Shown here: positions 28,882-38,651 of the stretch, one piece after another
Layout of the letters: each line of letters starts with the position of its first letter
Position numbering within the stretch: the stretch's first letter is position 1
Origin: a virus
Lineage: Duplodnaviria > Caudoviricetes
Length of the DNA: 64,000 nucleotides
Virus record (IMG/VR): IMGVR_UViG_3300031813_000005
Span: 1-64,000 of that record
Reading direction: 5' to 3' (one strand)
Made by a program: the position numbers and the translations under genes
Notes under the pieces: model-generated
The model's input: only the letters and a program-made list of their open reading frames with translations
Database searches by the model: none
Told to the model about the DNA's origin: nothing

Positions 28882-31452
28882 TTATTCTAATACGGGCTGA
28901 CCTGCCAAAAGAACTGTAGTATTTACTGAAGATTTGAAGGACAGTTCAAGCCTATTTATATCTATATATTTAATATCGTTTAATACTGCCGCAGAACTAC
29001 TGTCTAAAATGACTTGTGGATAAGTTCCGAAGTTATGCGCGATTATTCCAAATAATCCAGAAAAAGAGACTTCGGAAGGTGCCTGACAAGCATTAAAATA
29101 TATACTGCCAGAAAAGCTATTTTCAAAGGTAATAGTTGTAGAAAATTGTCCAGAAACTTCTTGCGTTATTATACTTGTTGGTATTACAACAGAGTTAGTT
29201 AAATCTGTACATACAAAATACATGTAATCCGAGCCATTATATGTATAAGTGTCCGGTAAAACAACAGACTGTATTTCTGAAACGGAAACCTGTGTTCCTA
29301 AAGTTGAAAATATAGAAATACTATTTATAGAGGGTATACTAAAAGCATGTTTATACTCATTAAGTTCTAATATGTTCAATTCTGCTGGACTTATACTTGA
29401 AATAATACGTTCTGTTATATAAGGTACATAATATTTATAAGCTAATGTAGATGTTAATTCATTACATAAAATAGTATCATTGACAAAGTTAGACAGTTTA
29501 AATGAATATTTAGCAGACTGTAAGTTATATTCATAATCAGAATATATTAAAACAGGTGTATAAGAAGCCTGTTCTCCAGAAGGTTGATAATTTAGCTGTA
29601 ATGAGTTTTGCGTGACATAATATGGGGAGTCGCCATTAGCTTCTATATCTGGTTTTAAATAATAAACATTTGATATTAATTTAGAACTATTATCTATTAG
29701 TTGTAAACAACTGCTATTATTAAACCAAGTTCGTGGTATTTGAGAGGAATATGAACATGTAAATACATACATATTCTCCCCATGTGTATTAAACTTAATA
29801 TCAGTTATTATAGCAGAGCCAGATACATTTATTGATTTATTTACTGTATTTTTAGCGTTTGTAATAAACTCATTATTTACTAATTTTAAGTTAAAAAAGG
29901 TTAACCCTAATTCAGAACCTAAAATGCCAACATACGCATTTGTAGTATTAATTTTAGGCAACATTATAAAATTAGAAAGCTCTTGTAATCCTACTATACC
30001 ATCTGACGACAAAATACCATTAGACACAGCAGTATTTAAATAGTTTATAGCATTTCCAAAATATAAAAATTGTTCCCAAACACTTGTATTCGAAGAATAT
30101 CGCCAAACTTCTGTATCTGTTGTTATAAATATATCATAGTTAATACCATCTATTTCTGATAAATATGACATATTTTTAAGTTTTATATTTTTTAGTTCTG
30201 ATGGTAATTCTAAACTTGATATTATTGGTATATTAGTTATATTATTAAAGCAAGTGATAAAATATAATGCGTTAGATGGGCCGCCTTCGACACTTGGGTA
30301 TTTAGTAAGAACAAGCATACCTGTTGGGATGTATTCTGTAATTACGTCTACTATATTTGTTGGAAAAACATTTTCTATATCTATTATATTAGGTATATTA
30401 ACGTCTGCTGTAAAATTAGAACTTTGCTGTAATAATATCCAATTATTAGCAGTATTAAAATATACTGGCTGATTAATTGTAGGAATAGTGTTTGTTAATG
30501 TATTATTTACATATATTTGTTGGTGTAAATATTTAAATGCTACTTTAGTTTCATATACGTTATTTGTCGTTACGGTAAGTGGTGGATTTGTTATAGAAAC
30601 AGTTGTATCAAAACTATTAGTTATAGTTGTTTGTATAGTTCTCGTAGCTACAAAAATAGGACAGCCAGAAGTATATGGTGTATTTATTATACCTAAAATA
30701 TATGTAGGGCAGAAAGTTGTAAATTGGGTATCAGTAGAATTAACAGTAATAACATTAGGGCCGCCTATGTAAGTAGGTCCGGAAACAGTTTCAATAACAG
30801 TAGTTAAAACATTTTTAAATAAAGGACTTACAGCATCAAATGCTGTATTTGTAGGGTCAAAATCTACATATGTTGTATCTATACCGGGTGTATAAGTTTT
30901 AACACCTTCTCTTAAAGTTCCAATATATAAACGATTAACTTGTTTTAAAATACCATTAATGCTATCATATACTTGAACGGCAAATGATGTTATTTCATCT
31001 GGATATAATAAATTAGTATTATCTATTAAAAACTGTGTCGCACCAAAATCCATTGATAATGACATGCCTTGAACAGATTTATAATAAATATATTGTAATT
31101 TACCATCCATATCATTAGAAGCTAATACTTGTTGATTATCTATATTAGTTGGAACACTTTTAGATAATAATTGGGGTGTTCCAGTAGTCATATTTATAAC
31201 AAGATTAGCTGGAGATAACAATTGTAATTCTGAACCAGTTAAACCAGAAAGATTTTGATTTAATAATATTCCAGAGTTTATATATTCTTGAATAAGAGGA
31301 ACATTATAATTAGGATTAGCCTCGTCTGTAATAACTACATCACTATATAACAAACTTGCTCCTGGGGCTATTGAAATAGTAGACCCAGGAGAATTAGTGT
31401 TAAGTGCTAATATAATACTACCAGTAGTATTATTAGTTAATACATTTGACAT
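28882..31452 (-). CDS. Putative virion structural protein
   Basis: 856 aa, Asn/Thr/Ile-rich; C-terminal AHNFG module similar to the THNLG module of the collagen fibre. Confidence 0.65.
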   Translation of the reverse strand: MSNVLTNNTTGSIILALNTNSPGSTISIAPGASLLYSDVVITDEANPNYNVPLIQEYINSGILLNQNLSGLTGSELQLLSPANLVINMTTGTPQLLSKSVPTNIDNQQVLASNDMDGKLQYIYYKSVQGMSLSMDFGATQFLIDNTNLLYPDEITSFAVQVYDSINGILKQVNRLYIGTLREGVKTYTPGIDTTYVDFDPTNTAFDAVSPLFKNVLTTVIETVSGPTYIGGPNVITVNSTDTQFTTFCPTYILGIINTPYTSGCPIFVATRTIQTTITNSFDTTVSITNPPLTVTTNNVYETKVAFKYLHQQIYVNNTLTNTIPTINQPVYFNTANNWILLQQSSNFTADVNIPNIIDIENVFPTNIVDVITEYIPTGMLVLTKYPSVEGGPSNALYFITCFNNITNIPIISSLELPSELKNIKLKNMSYLSEIDGINYDIFITTDTEVWRYSSNTSVWEQFLYFGNAINYLNTAVSNGILSSDGIVGLQELSNFIMLPKINTTNAYVGILGSELGLTFFNLKLVNNEFITNAKNTVNKSINVSGSAIITDIKFNTHGENMYVFTCSYSSQIPRTWFNNSSCLQLIDNSSKLISNVYYLKPDIEANGDSPYYVTQNSLQLNYQPSGEQASYTPVLIYSDYEYNLQSAKYSFKLSNFVNDTILCNELTSTLAYKYYVPYITERIISSISPAELNILELNEYKHAFSIPSINSISIFSTLGTQVSVSEIQSVVLPDTYTYNGSDYMYFVCTDLTNSVVIPTSIITQEVSGQFSTTITFENSFSGSIYFNACQAPSEVSFSGLFGIIAHNFGTYPQVILDSSSAAVLNDIKYIDINRLELSFKSSVNTTVLLAGQPVLE

Positions 31453-31459
31453 TTATACC

Positions 31460-31963
31460 TTAATTAGATAAAACGTAAGCTGTCGCATTATTTGGGCCCT
31501 CAAGAGCAATAAATCTAATTGGGCTCATTGGTTCATCTATATTAACTGTCTCTCCAGGTAATACAGTAGAAATTGTTTCTGCTGGTGGTGTAGTAGCTGG
31601 AGTATTAAACCAGCTAAATGAGAAGTAAATAGGCTGGGTTGCTGTTGATGGATTAGTAATTGCTAACTTACCAGCAAATCTCTGTAAATCAACGTATTGC
31701 CAAGAGCCATTAAGAGTTTGTGTAATTCTATATGGAACATTAAGGTCTGGTTCACCACTATCTATTACAGAAATAAACTGGGCATAATTTGAATTAGTTG
31801 TTAATTCAACAAAGGCATTTTCACCTACTACAACAGTTTGACCTGGACCAATTGGTAAAAGAGATTGATAGTGGTCAGACGTAGCATATATACAAATTGG
31901 TTGCCAAAAAGCTGGATTAGCATTAGTGGTATCTCCACTAAGGTTTTTAATTTTATATCTCAT
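31460..31963 (-). CDS. Hypothetical beta-rich virion protein
   Basis: 167 aa with late motif and AAGGA RBS. Confidence 0.7.
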   Translation of the reverse strand: MRYKIKNLSGDTTNANPAFWQPICIYATSDHYQSLLPIGPGQTVVVGENAFVELTTNSNYAQFISVIDSGEPDLNVPYRITQTLNGSWQYVDLQRFAGKLAITNPSTATQPIYFSFSWFNTPATTPPAETISTVLPGETVNIDEPMSPIRFIALEGPNNATAYVLSN

Positions 31964-31980
31964 TTCATTGTTTCCTTATA

Positions 31981-31988
31981 AGTTAATT
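31981..31988 (-). promoter_or_regulatory. Late-promoter motif AATTAACT
   Basis: Upstream of the RBS of 31963. Confidence 0.6.
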
Positions 31989-31999
31989 ACCTTTATAGA

Positions 32000-34363
32000 T
32001 TAACCGCCATTAGCCATACTATGCAATACAGGCATACTTGGCATTCCAGCGCTATTAACAGTAAGTTTAGCTAATGGACTAACTGGTTTAGCAGGCGTTC
32101 CTATTATCTTTTCAGTATCAGCAGAAGTATGACAAACCGCTAATCTTACTTCATGTATATCTTCTGCGGCAGATTTAGTATTTTTAGCTATTTCAGCTTG
32201 AACTCTTTTCTTTTCTTCTTCTAAAGCATACTCTTTTTGTCCAACAGTCATAAAACCAACTTTACCGCCAGCTGTTTTACCATACGTCACCGTATCTGGA
32301 CTATATTTAGATAATTGCCCTTCTTGTTTATCTATAGCAGATAACCTATTATTTAAATAGTCTAATTCTGGCATATTTCTATTGTTTCCAAAACTACCTA
32401 AAACACCGCGCTTTTCTGATAATTCTTTTTCTATTTGTTCTCTTGTTTTTGCTCCAGCAAAAGGTTTCATACCTAAAATAGAGACATTTGCCATTGCTGC
32501 TCTAAACCCTTCTCCTGCTAATTGGCCTAATAGGAAAAAAGGTAATTTTAACCCATCTACTATTAAATCTATAAGACTTTTCCAGATACTTTTATCTGGA
32601 TTAGCAAAATCTGATAACATTTTATTAACAAACTCAATCATTGGAACAAGGTTATTACCTAACCAATTAGCTACTTTGTCTACTATTTTTCCAAGAGTAT
32701 CTATTAAACCACTATGTTCCATAGTTCTTTTGAAATCCATTAAGAAATTTTCAACACTTCTTAATAAATTATTCATTCCACTTGAACCGCCTATAATGTT
32801 TTGGAACATCGTTACGAACATTGTTTTAATTCTATTCCATACAGAAGTTAAATCACTATTAACCTTCTCATAAGCATCTTTTGTAGCATCTGTTTGAATA
32901 GTAGCTAACTGTTGTTGAGCTTTTAACATATCAGCAATAGTTTCCTGTCTTGTATTTATCATTTTAATAACAGTTTCTTTTGATAAACCAGATAATTGAG
33001 CACCGACTTGTGCTGTTATTTGGATATTTTCTCCAAAACTCTTATTTAAGTTTTGTAAAAAGGTTATTCCTCTTAACATAGCATCAGTTTTATCAAATTG
33101 GTTAGTTAACATTTGATTTATATTAGCACCACCAGAAATAGCCAAGAAAGCTCTAAATGGCGAGTTTTGGTCAGAAATTAGACTACCAGCAGATTCGAAT
33201 AGCCCGTTAAGTTCTGATACACTTAAACTTAATGTTGTAGCTAATCCAGACAATGACATTAAATCTCTTGTCATTTTATTTGTAAACTCTTCTCCACGCG
33301 CAGTAGCAATAGCTAAAGCATTGGCAGAAGACGATATAGCTTCTCTAAATGTAGCAAAAGATACTTGACCAAGATTTGTTCCGTTAAAAACTATTTGATT
33401 AAATCTTGTAAACGTATCTCCCATTGCTGTTAAGGAGTCGACACTTATCTTTGTAGACTTTAATAATTCGCCGTATAAACCACTAATTTCACTTGAAGCT
33501 ACTCCTGTGGCTCCAGATAGAGTTAATACACTACTTACTAAATTAGTATCAAGAGACCTACCAAGACTAACACCAGCTTTAGCAAAATCAAGAGCTACAC
33601 CATTTACTTGTTCTAATGAAAACCCTAATCCCCAAACAGCTTTATTTAAATGCTGTAATTTACCAGCGAATTCCGTGACACCTTGTTGTCCCATACCCAC
33701 AACAAGCTGGTCAAACTTTTTAACCTCATCTCTCGCAGACATCGCAGAAGTAAACATTTTATAGAATGCTGCGCCTATACCAACAATAGCTACAGCTAAT
33801 AATGCTAATCCACCAGTAGCGATTGTAGCAAATGCTCCCATTTCAACAGCTCCTACTTCTGCTGATGTGGCAACACTATCAAGACCAGCGGCTAAAGTAG
33901 CACTATTTTTATCTGCGGATGCTAATGCTGAAGCTAAACTTGAAGTATTTTCTTTTGACTGGTCAGAGGCATCTTTTCCGGCTTTTCTCCAGCTTGTAAT
34001 GCCAGAAGCTACATCTACTAAACGTTTACTTATAAAGCCTAAACTCTTATAAAATTCTTGATTATCGAGGTTCATATTTTTAGAAGCTAAACCATAACCA
34101 AGCATTGTTTTAGTAGATTTTATTAAAGCATAATCAAAACCAGTAATGTTTTTAATTTTATCTTGAAAAAACTTTGCTCCGAAGATACCATCTTTATCCA
34201 TTTTACTTTCTTTGGATAACTGATTAAGCTTTTTAGATATAGCTGCCATAGCAGGACTTAACTGTCTGTTAATATAATCCTGGTCTACTTCTATTTTAAT
34301 ACCAATAGCGGCAAGTCTTTTCATTAAGACTTTATCAGTAGTTTCATTATCTTGTTCAGCCAT
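32000..34363 (-). CDS. Tape measure protein
   Basis: Helical and Ala/Leu-rich with a hydrophobic segment (GLALLAVAIVGIGAAFY) and periodic aromatic residues; adjacent to hub and tube genes. Confidence 0.75.
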   Translation of the reverse strand: MAEQDNETTDKVLMKRLAAIGIKIEVDQDYINRQLSPAMAAISKKLNQLSKESKMDKDGIFGAKFFQDKIKNITGFDYALIKSTKTMLGYGLASKNMNLDNQEFYKSLGFISKRLVDVASGITSWRKAGKDASDQSKENTSSLASALASADKNSATLAAGLDSVATSAEVGAVEMGAFATIATGGLALLAVAIVGIGAAFYKMFTSAMSARDEVKKFDQLVVGMGQQGVTEFAGKLQHLNKAVWGLGFSLEQVNGVALDFAKAGVSLGRSLDTNLVSSVLTLSGATGVASSEISGLYGELLKSTKISVDSLTAMGDTFTRFNQIVFNGTNLGQVSFATFREAISSSANALAIATARGEEFTNKMTRDLMSLSGLATTLSLSVSELNGLFESAGSLISDQNSPFRAFLAISGGANINQMLTNQFDKTDAMLRGITFLQNLNKSFGENIQITAQVGAQLSGLSKETVIKMINTRQETIADMLKAQQQLATIQTDATKDAYEKVNSDLTSVWNRIKTMFVTMFQNIIGGSSGMNNLLRSVENFLMDFKRTMEHSGLIDTLGKIVDKVANWLGNNLVPMIEFVNKMLSDFANPDKSIWKSLIDLIVDGLKLPFFLLGQLAGEGFRAAMANVSILGMKPFAGAKTREQIEKELSEKRGVLGSFGNNRNMPELDYLNNRLSAIDKQEGQLSKYSPDTVTYGKTAGGKVGFMTVGQKEYALEEEKKRVQAEIAKNTKSAAEDIHEVRLAVCHTSADTEKIIGTPAKPVSPLAKLTVNSAGMPSMPVLHSMANGG

Positions 34364-34376
34364 TTATATTTCCTAA

Positions 34377-34384
34377 ACTTAATT
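34377..34384 (-). promoter_or_regulatory. Late-promoter motif AATTAAGT
   Basis: Upstream of the tape measure RBS. Confidence 0.65.
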
Positions 34385-34389
34385 AATGT

Positions 34390-37278
34390 TTATGGTAGAT
34401 TTGGTATTGGTCCTGGAACAGATGCTGGTAATCCAGATGTGGCGCTTTGAGTATTTTTTATTACAGTAGAATAATATGTGTTTAAAACAATTTTTAAATC
34501 AGTAGCAAAAGTTCCTGTAGTAAAATCTGAACTATTTAAATCTATTTCTGACACTTGATTTACACCATACGGAGATATTGGAGAAGAACCGGAGAAGGCT
34601 GTACCAAGATTAATAGCTCCATTAACTGTATTAGAAATACTTTGTTTTGTATTTTGTTGGTCATGTAATATGTTTGTCATTTGATTAGTCAAAGATGATG
34701 GAACAAAAGATGGGTCAATTACTTTTTGACCATCTAACACGGTAATAAAATTGTCTCCGCTTATTGAATGCTCAATATGATTAACAAAATATAAACCAGA
34801 CGTTAGGGCGTTTAATTCTTGCGTAGTTGTTATTACACCAGTAATTGGATTTACATGTTCAACAGGATAATATGATAATAATTCAAAACATCCTGGGCCC
34901 AATCTTATTAAATTAGGGTCCCCTAAAATAGTTATTTTTGCTGTTGTAGGCCATCTTAAAAAAGTTGCTACTCTTGATTGTATCATATATGAAGCACTTT
35001 GAGCCGGTCCTGTAGTTGTATCTACAGGAATATCAGAACATGATAAACTTCTGTTTTGTCCCGACATATCATCGCCGTCAAAAATGGCAAGTTTTCCTAC
35101 TTTACCTGTTCCAACAGAACCTTTAAACGAACTTCGTATATCTCCTTGAACAGCTCTACTTTTTTGTAATTGTTTAGCAGCCGCAGCTTCAGATTTTGTA
35201 GTATCTTCGCTACTATCTGGTCTAAATAAACTATTTGTATTTTGATTTTGATAAGCAATTGCTGGTTCTATTTGGCCAAACCATTTTCCTTGAACAGCAT
35301 AAGCCATTTTTTCATTTGCTGCTTGCGTTAATGCTGCTATCAAATCGCTATGACTTACGGACAATGCTATGACTTCTCCAAACATCTGTGGAGTATTTCC
35401 TTGTGTAGCAACTTGAAATACGTTTTGGCCAGACCCATATAAATATGGCATAGAAGAAGCACCGGGCCCGTATTGAACAGGTAAATCAGATAAGAAAATA
35501 GTATAATCATTTAAAATATCAGGTAATAGGAAGAAGGCACCTACATCATAAGGTATAGATTTACCATTAGGGTCTAATCCTGTAGAGTTTATATCGCTTC
35601 CAGTAGTTTTCCAATCAGCAGGTATATTTGGTATCCATTGTAAAGAACATTTAGTAGATAGTTTAGCTATATCTTGCTTTAATTGAGCAGTTATTAAAGT
35701 TTGTGCCTGTTCCCTGGTTAAAGAGGTATCTTTTGTACCAGTATTAGTTTTAATACTTTTAAGCAAATCATCTGAAATAGTGCTAATACTTGCTGGCATA
35801 TTTTGTATAGTTTTTAAATCTGATGCTAAAGCATTAAGTTTTGTTGTAGTTATACTATCATTATCACTTTGATTTGCGGATACACTGTTTTCGTGTGGAT
35901 ACCATCTACATCTACACTGTGCCGCAAGTTCATTAGCAACAGTAAAAAAGTTTCTACCGTTTATACCAACAGCCGCAGAAGGTTGTGTAGCAAAGAAAGT
36001 TTTTGTAAGAGTTCCAGTCGTAATAGCAGCAGATTGTTGTCCTTGTTGTGTATCTGGAACAACGCCAGAAGACATTGAACTAACTATTTGATTATTAGAA
36101 TTACCAGCTGCCGATGTATTTTCAGTTCCAGATACAGAAGTTCCTGGGGCAGTTGGTTGCTGTAGAGATAGATTTTGTTTTAGTTGATATACAGCTAACA
36201 TACCACCAGGTTTTGTTGCTAAATATCTTTCTAAATCAGTTGTATTATAATAACTTGTATAACCACTTGTAGCCATACCAAACTTTTGTATAGCTAATGT
36301 TCTTAATTGTTCAGCATATGAAGATATATTATTTATAGAGCTTAATCCGCCTACATTAAGATTAGATTGCGTACTATTTTGTATTACTTGTTTTTTAGAA
36401 GAAAAACCACCTGTTGTAGAATTACTGTTAGTATTTGGATTATTTCCTCCAGGAATACCAAAATATAATAAATCATCTAATGTAAACAATCTTACATGTA
36501 ATAGACCCTCTAATAATGTTCTTAATTGTTCTTGTGGATAATCTGGTAATATAATAATATCATTAGAACTGTTTTCAAGAACTAAAGTTCCAGTTTCTTG
36601 TAGAGATAAAGTAAATGTTGTTCCCTGTGTTCCAGGATCAGTCATATCTATATGCGTAATTACAAAAGTTAAAGAAGGAGAAAGGGCTTGTACAGTATTA
36701 GAAGATGTAGTAGAAGAAAAGGCCCATCCAAACTTTAATGTAAGTGTTGGTAAACCGCCAGTTCCAAATGCAGCTTTATCTGTAGCTTCTTTAGTTCCAC
36801 CCTGCTTTGCGTATATATCTAATGGTATTAATATCTCTTTTGGGTCTTTTGTAAATAATTGAATAGAACCAGTAATTGATTTTTCGACACCGCCCAATGG
36901 AAACTTTAGATTTAGATTTTGAAAGTTCATTTTAGAGTTTATATATTTTCCAGTGTCTAAATCTATTTTTTTAGGATAAATCTGCGTACCATTTAATGAT
37001 ATTTCCGCAATAGGGGTTCTTGCGTTATAAGAAGGAAAGTATTTATTATTACCTTTACCGGAGTCTCCTATACCATTTATATTTAAAGATGAAGAACCAT
37101 TATCAGAAATTTGATTTTTTATAGTTTTAACAGACGCCTCATCTAATAAATCTGTTAATAATTTTATAACAGCATTTATAGTATTATCTCTCTTACTTGA
37201 AGTAGAGGAATTAGTATTATTTACTAATTTTTGAATATCTTGTATATCTATTAAAAGATTAGTATTATCTACTGCCAT
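34390..37278 (-). CDS. Baseplate hub protein (T4 gp27 / P2 gpD / VgrG-like)
   Basis: LTLKFGW near the N-terminus; AKITILGDPNLIRLG...SGLYFVNHIEHSISGDNFITVL at the C-terminus. Confidence 0.75.
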   Translation of the reverse strand: MAVDNTNLLIDIQDIQKLVNNTNSSTSSKRDNTINAVIKLLTDLLDEASVKTIKNQISDNGSSSLNINGIGDSGKGNNKYFPSYNARTPIAEISLNGTQIYPKKIDLDTGKYINSKMNFQNLNLKFPLGGVEKSITGSIQLFTKDPKEILIPLDIYAKQGGTKEATDKAAFGTGGLPTLTLKFGWAFSSTTSSNTVQALSPSLTFVITHIDMTDPGTQGTTFTLSLQETGTLVLENSSNDIIILPDYPQEQLRTLLEGLLHVRLFTLDDLLYFGIPGGNNPNTNSNSTTGGFSSKKQVIQNSTQSNLNVGGLSSINNISSYAEQLRTLAIQKFGMATSGYTSYYNTTDLERYLATKPGGMLAVYQLKQNLSLQQPTAPGTSVSGTENTSAAGNSNNQIVSSMSSGVVPDTQQGQQSAAITTGTLTKTFFATQPSAAVGINGRNFFTVANELAAQCRCRWYPHENSVSANQSDNDSITTTKLNALASDLKTIQNMPASISTISDDLLKSIKTNTGTKDTSLTREQAQTLITAQLKQDIAKLSTKCSLQWIPNIPADWKTTGSDINSTGLDPNGKSIPYDVGAFFLLPDILNDYTIFLSDLPVQYGPGASSMPYLYGSGQNVFQVATQGNTPQMFGEVIALSVSHSDLIAALTQAANEKMAYAVQGKWFGQIEPAIAYQNQNTNSLFRPDSSEDTTKSEAAAAKQLQKSRAVQGDIRSSFKGSVGTGKVGKLAIFDGDDMSGQNRSLSCSDIPVDTTTGPAQSASYMIQSRVATFLRWPTTAKITILGDPNLIRLGPGCFELLSYYPVEHVNPITGVITTTQELNALTSGLYFVNHIEHSISGDNFITVLDGQKVIDPSFVPSSLTNQMTNILHDQQNTKQSISNTVNGAINLGTAFSGSSPISPYGVNQVSEIDLNSSDFTTGTFATDLKIVLNTYYSTVIKNTQSATSGLPASVPGPIPNLP

Positions 37279-37280
37279 AA

Positions 37281-38570
37281 TTAAAATAACTTCTTAAATG
37301 GATTTAATGAGGTAGTTGTTTGTGGAGTTTGAGTAGAAGACGGATTAGCTTTTTGAAACAAGCTCAACATTTGAGAGCTTATAGCATTTGTTATAACTCC
37401 CTGGTCTGATAGTCTCTTAACTGAATTAGCATTATCGTATATATTTAAGTTTTGGGCAGCAGTAGTATAAGATAAAGAGGAGTCTGTATATGTATTTAAC
37501 TGGCCTCCCTCAAATGTATATGCTGTAAAAGCCGTATTTTGATATAATCCTGTATTTACATCAGTATCAATTTCATTTAAGTTAAAAGTTAACATGCTTT
37601 GAAGTACTGGACTATTCATGTCATCTTTTGATAGCTCTTGTCCATTATTAACACCGCCATTATTAGACACAACTTGTTCGGCATATTGAACATTATTACC
37701 AGGACTTACAACAGTAAAGTTAAAAGTAGCTTCAAACAAATATGGAGCATGCGTTGGTATATTAGAATTGTTTTGGTCTATTATAGCATTATTAATAACA
37801 TTTTTTTCAGCTGTGCTTGAAGCTCTATTCACATCATCTTGATTAACCTGTAAAGACCATGGTCCAGAATATTTTATACTAACATTATTTACTATACAAT
37901 GTAATACTTTCCAAGTTCCTATAAAAACCGTAACTGGAGATGGCATATAATTATTTTCTGAAGGTGTAGCCAAAGACATTATATAATCAGAAAGTTTTAA
38001 TAGCTTTCCATGTGCTTGAACAGATTCGGCATAAAACTTTCCAGTTAAAGCGAAAGTTATAGGACTACTATTTTGATATGTCCAAACCGGTTCTGGCCTG
38101 CCTAAAAAGTTAACAGCATTCCAATTAGCTGTTTTTTGAAGCGTTATATCTTCTGGCGTACTATCAAAAACTATATATAATGGGACAGGCTGGTTGTTAG
38201 TTCCTGCTGTAGATTTTGGGTTTAAATTAAATAAAAAATCTGTTTTTAATATGATAGGAATAAAAGTTCTTTTAGAACTACTATATTTTACATTACCAGA
38301 TATTGCTGGTAATCCTTGACTATTTCCACCTAAAACATAATCAAGAGAAGCATTTATAATTGATGCCATATTACCATTAACTATATTTTTACTTTGTAAA
38401 TACGTACCAACAGAGCCGGCTGATAGGGATTTAAGATTAGTCAATGATTGTTGGTTCATTGCCTGGAATAAAACATTGGGAGACTGTAAAAATCCAGTTT
38501 GAGTAATAGAACTCTGTCCAGGCGTATTCGCACCCATAATAGCTTGCTGCATAGTACTTGTATCTGCCAT
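37281..38570 (-). CDS. Tail tube initiator (gp48/gp54/P2 gpU-like)
   Basis: PEDITLQKTANWNAVNFLGRPEPVWTYQNS...PSPVTVFIG...CIVNNVSIKY. Confidence 0.75.
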   Translation of the reverse strand: MADTSTMQQAIMGANTPGQSSITQTGFLQSPNVLFQAMNQQSLTNLKSLSAGSVGTYLQSKNIVNGNMASIINASLDYVLGGNSQGLPAISGNVKYSSSKRTFIPIILKTDFLFNLNPKSTAGTNNQPVPLYIVFDSTPEDITLQKTANWNAVNFLGRPEPVWTYQNSSPITFALTGKFYAESVQAHGKLLKLSDYIMSLATPSENNYMPSPVTVFIGTWKVLHCIVNNVSIKYSGPWSLQVNQDDVNRASSTAEKNVINNAIIDQNNSNIPTHAPYLFEATFNFTVVSPGNNVQYAEQVVSNNGGVNNGQELSKDDMNSPVLQSMLTFNLNEIDTDVNTGLYQNTAFTAYTFEGGQLNTYTDSSLSYTTAAQNLNIYDNANSVKRLSDQGVITNAISSQMLSLFQKANPSSTQTPQTTTSLNPFKKLF

Positions 38571-38585
38571 AAGTATTCCCGTCTA

Positions 38586-38593
38586 ACTTAATT
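38586..38593 (-). promoter_or_regulatory. Late-promoter motif AATTAAGT
   Basis: Just after the sheath terminator, upstream of 38570. Confidence 0.65.
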
Positions 38594-38596
38594 TGG

Positions 38597-38629
38597 AAAA
38601 TAAAACAGCCTCTAAATTAATAGAGGCTG
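38597..38629 (-). terminator. Intrinsic terminator after tail sheath
   Basis: CAGCCTCTA-N6-TAGAGGCTG followed by TTTTATTTT. Confidence 0.85.
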
Positions 38630-38651
38630 CTCTACATTTATTTATTAATTA

